In this document: one piece after another, positions 63,659-64,000 of the stretch
Numbering within the stretch: the first letter of the stretch is position 1
Layout of the letters: every line of letters begins with the position of its first letter
Source of the DNA: Mytilus edulis
Lineage: Eukaryota
DNA length: 64,000 bases
Reading direction: 5' to 3'
NCBI RefSeq assembly: GCF_963676685.1
Contig: NC_092344.1
Coordinates: 121,582,001 to 121,646,000, forward strand
Program-made: the position numbers and the translations under genes
The notes under the pieces: generated by a model
What the model saw: the letters and a program-made list of their open reading frames with translations, nothing else
What the model was told of the DNA's origin: nothing
Databases searched by the model: none

Positions 63659-64000
63659 AGTTAAATAAAAAGATCTGACTGTGCTGGACGAATATGACCA
63701 GTTAAATAAAAAGATCTGACTGTGATGGATGAATATGACCAGTTAAATAAAAAGATCTGACTGTGATGGATGCATATGACCAGTTAAATAAAAAGATTTG
63801 ACTGTGATGGATGAATATGACCAGTTAAATAAAAAGATCTGACTGTGATGGATGAATATGACAAGTTAAATAAAAAGATCTGACTGTGATGGATGAATAT
63901 GACCAGTTAAATAAAAAGATCTGACTGTGATGGATGAATATGACCAGTTAAATAAAAAGATCTGACTGTGATGGATGAATATGACCAGTTAAATAAAAAG
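63659..64000. repeat. 41-bp tandem repeat, at least 8 copies, runs off the window
   Basis: Unit agttaaataaaaagatctgactgtgatggatgaatatgacc, in an AKAP7-like intron. Confidence 0.95.

Overview
AT-rich eukaryotic genomic DNA with spliceosomal introns and dense repeats. It is most likely a mussel (Mytilus-like bivalve), inferred from the repeat families and gene types. Genes reconstructed by hand: (1) a syntaxin-7/12 family gene on the minus strand, 9 coding exons at 2350-13536, with the transmembrane exon not found in the window; (2) a single-coding-exon B-box/coiled-coil/beta-propeller TRIM-like gene at 27770-29479; (3) two tandem paralogues on the minus strand at 32655-37663 and 45214-53361, which the ORF track shows only as fragments; (4) an AKAP7-like 2H-phosphoesterase gene from 59701 that runs off the right edge. 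The two paralogues are the main finding. Each encodes a 213-aa secreted precursor: a signal peptide plus four GCLFDG-type cysteine modules (about 45 aa) separated by KR/RR dibasic sites. This looks like an unrecognised polyprotein peptide family built from a repeated two-exon cassette, with very different divergence between modules. The second finding is that both splice sites of syntaxin coding exon 3 have been amplified into satellites: about 51 copies of the acceptor plus partial exon, and about 15 copies of a donor-like unit. Also present are a hammerhead-ribozyme retrozyme, a three-level nest of DNA transposons, LINE and Penelope fragments, several MITEs and SINEs, and minisatellites. All coordinates and translations were derived by eye; no searches were run.
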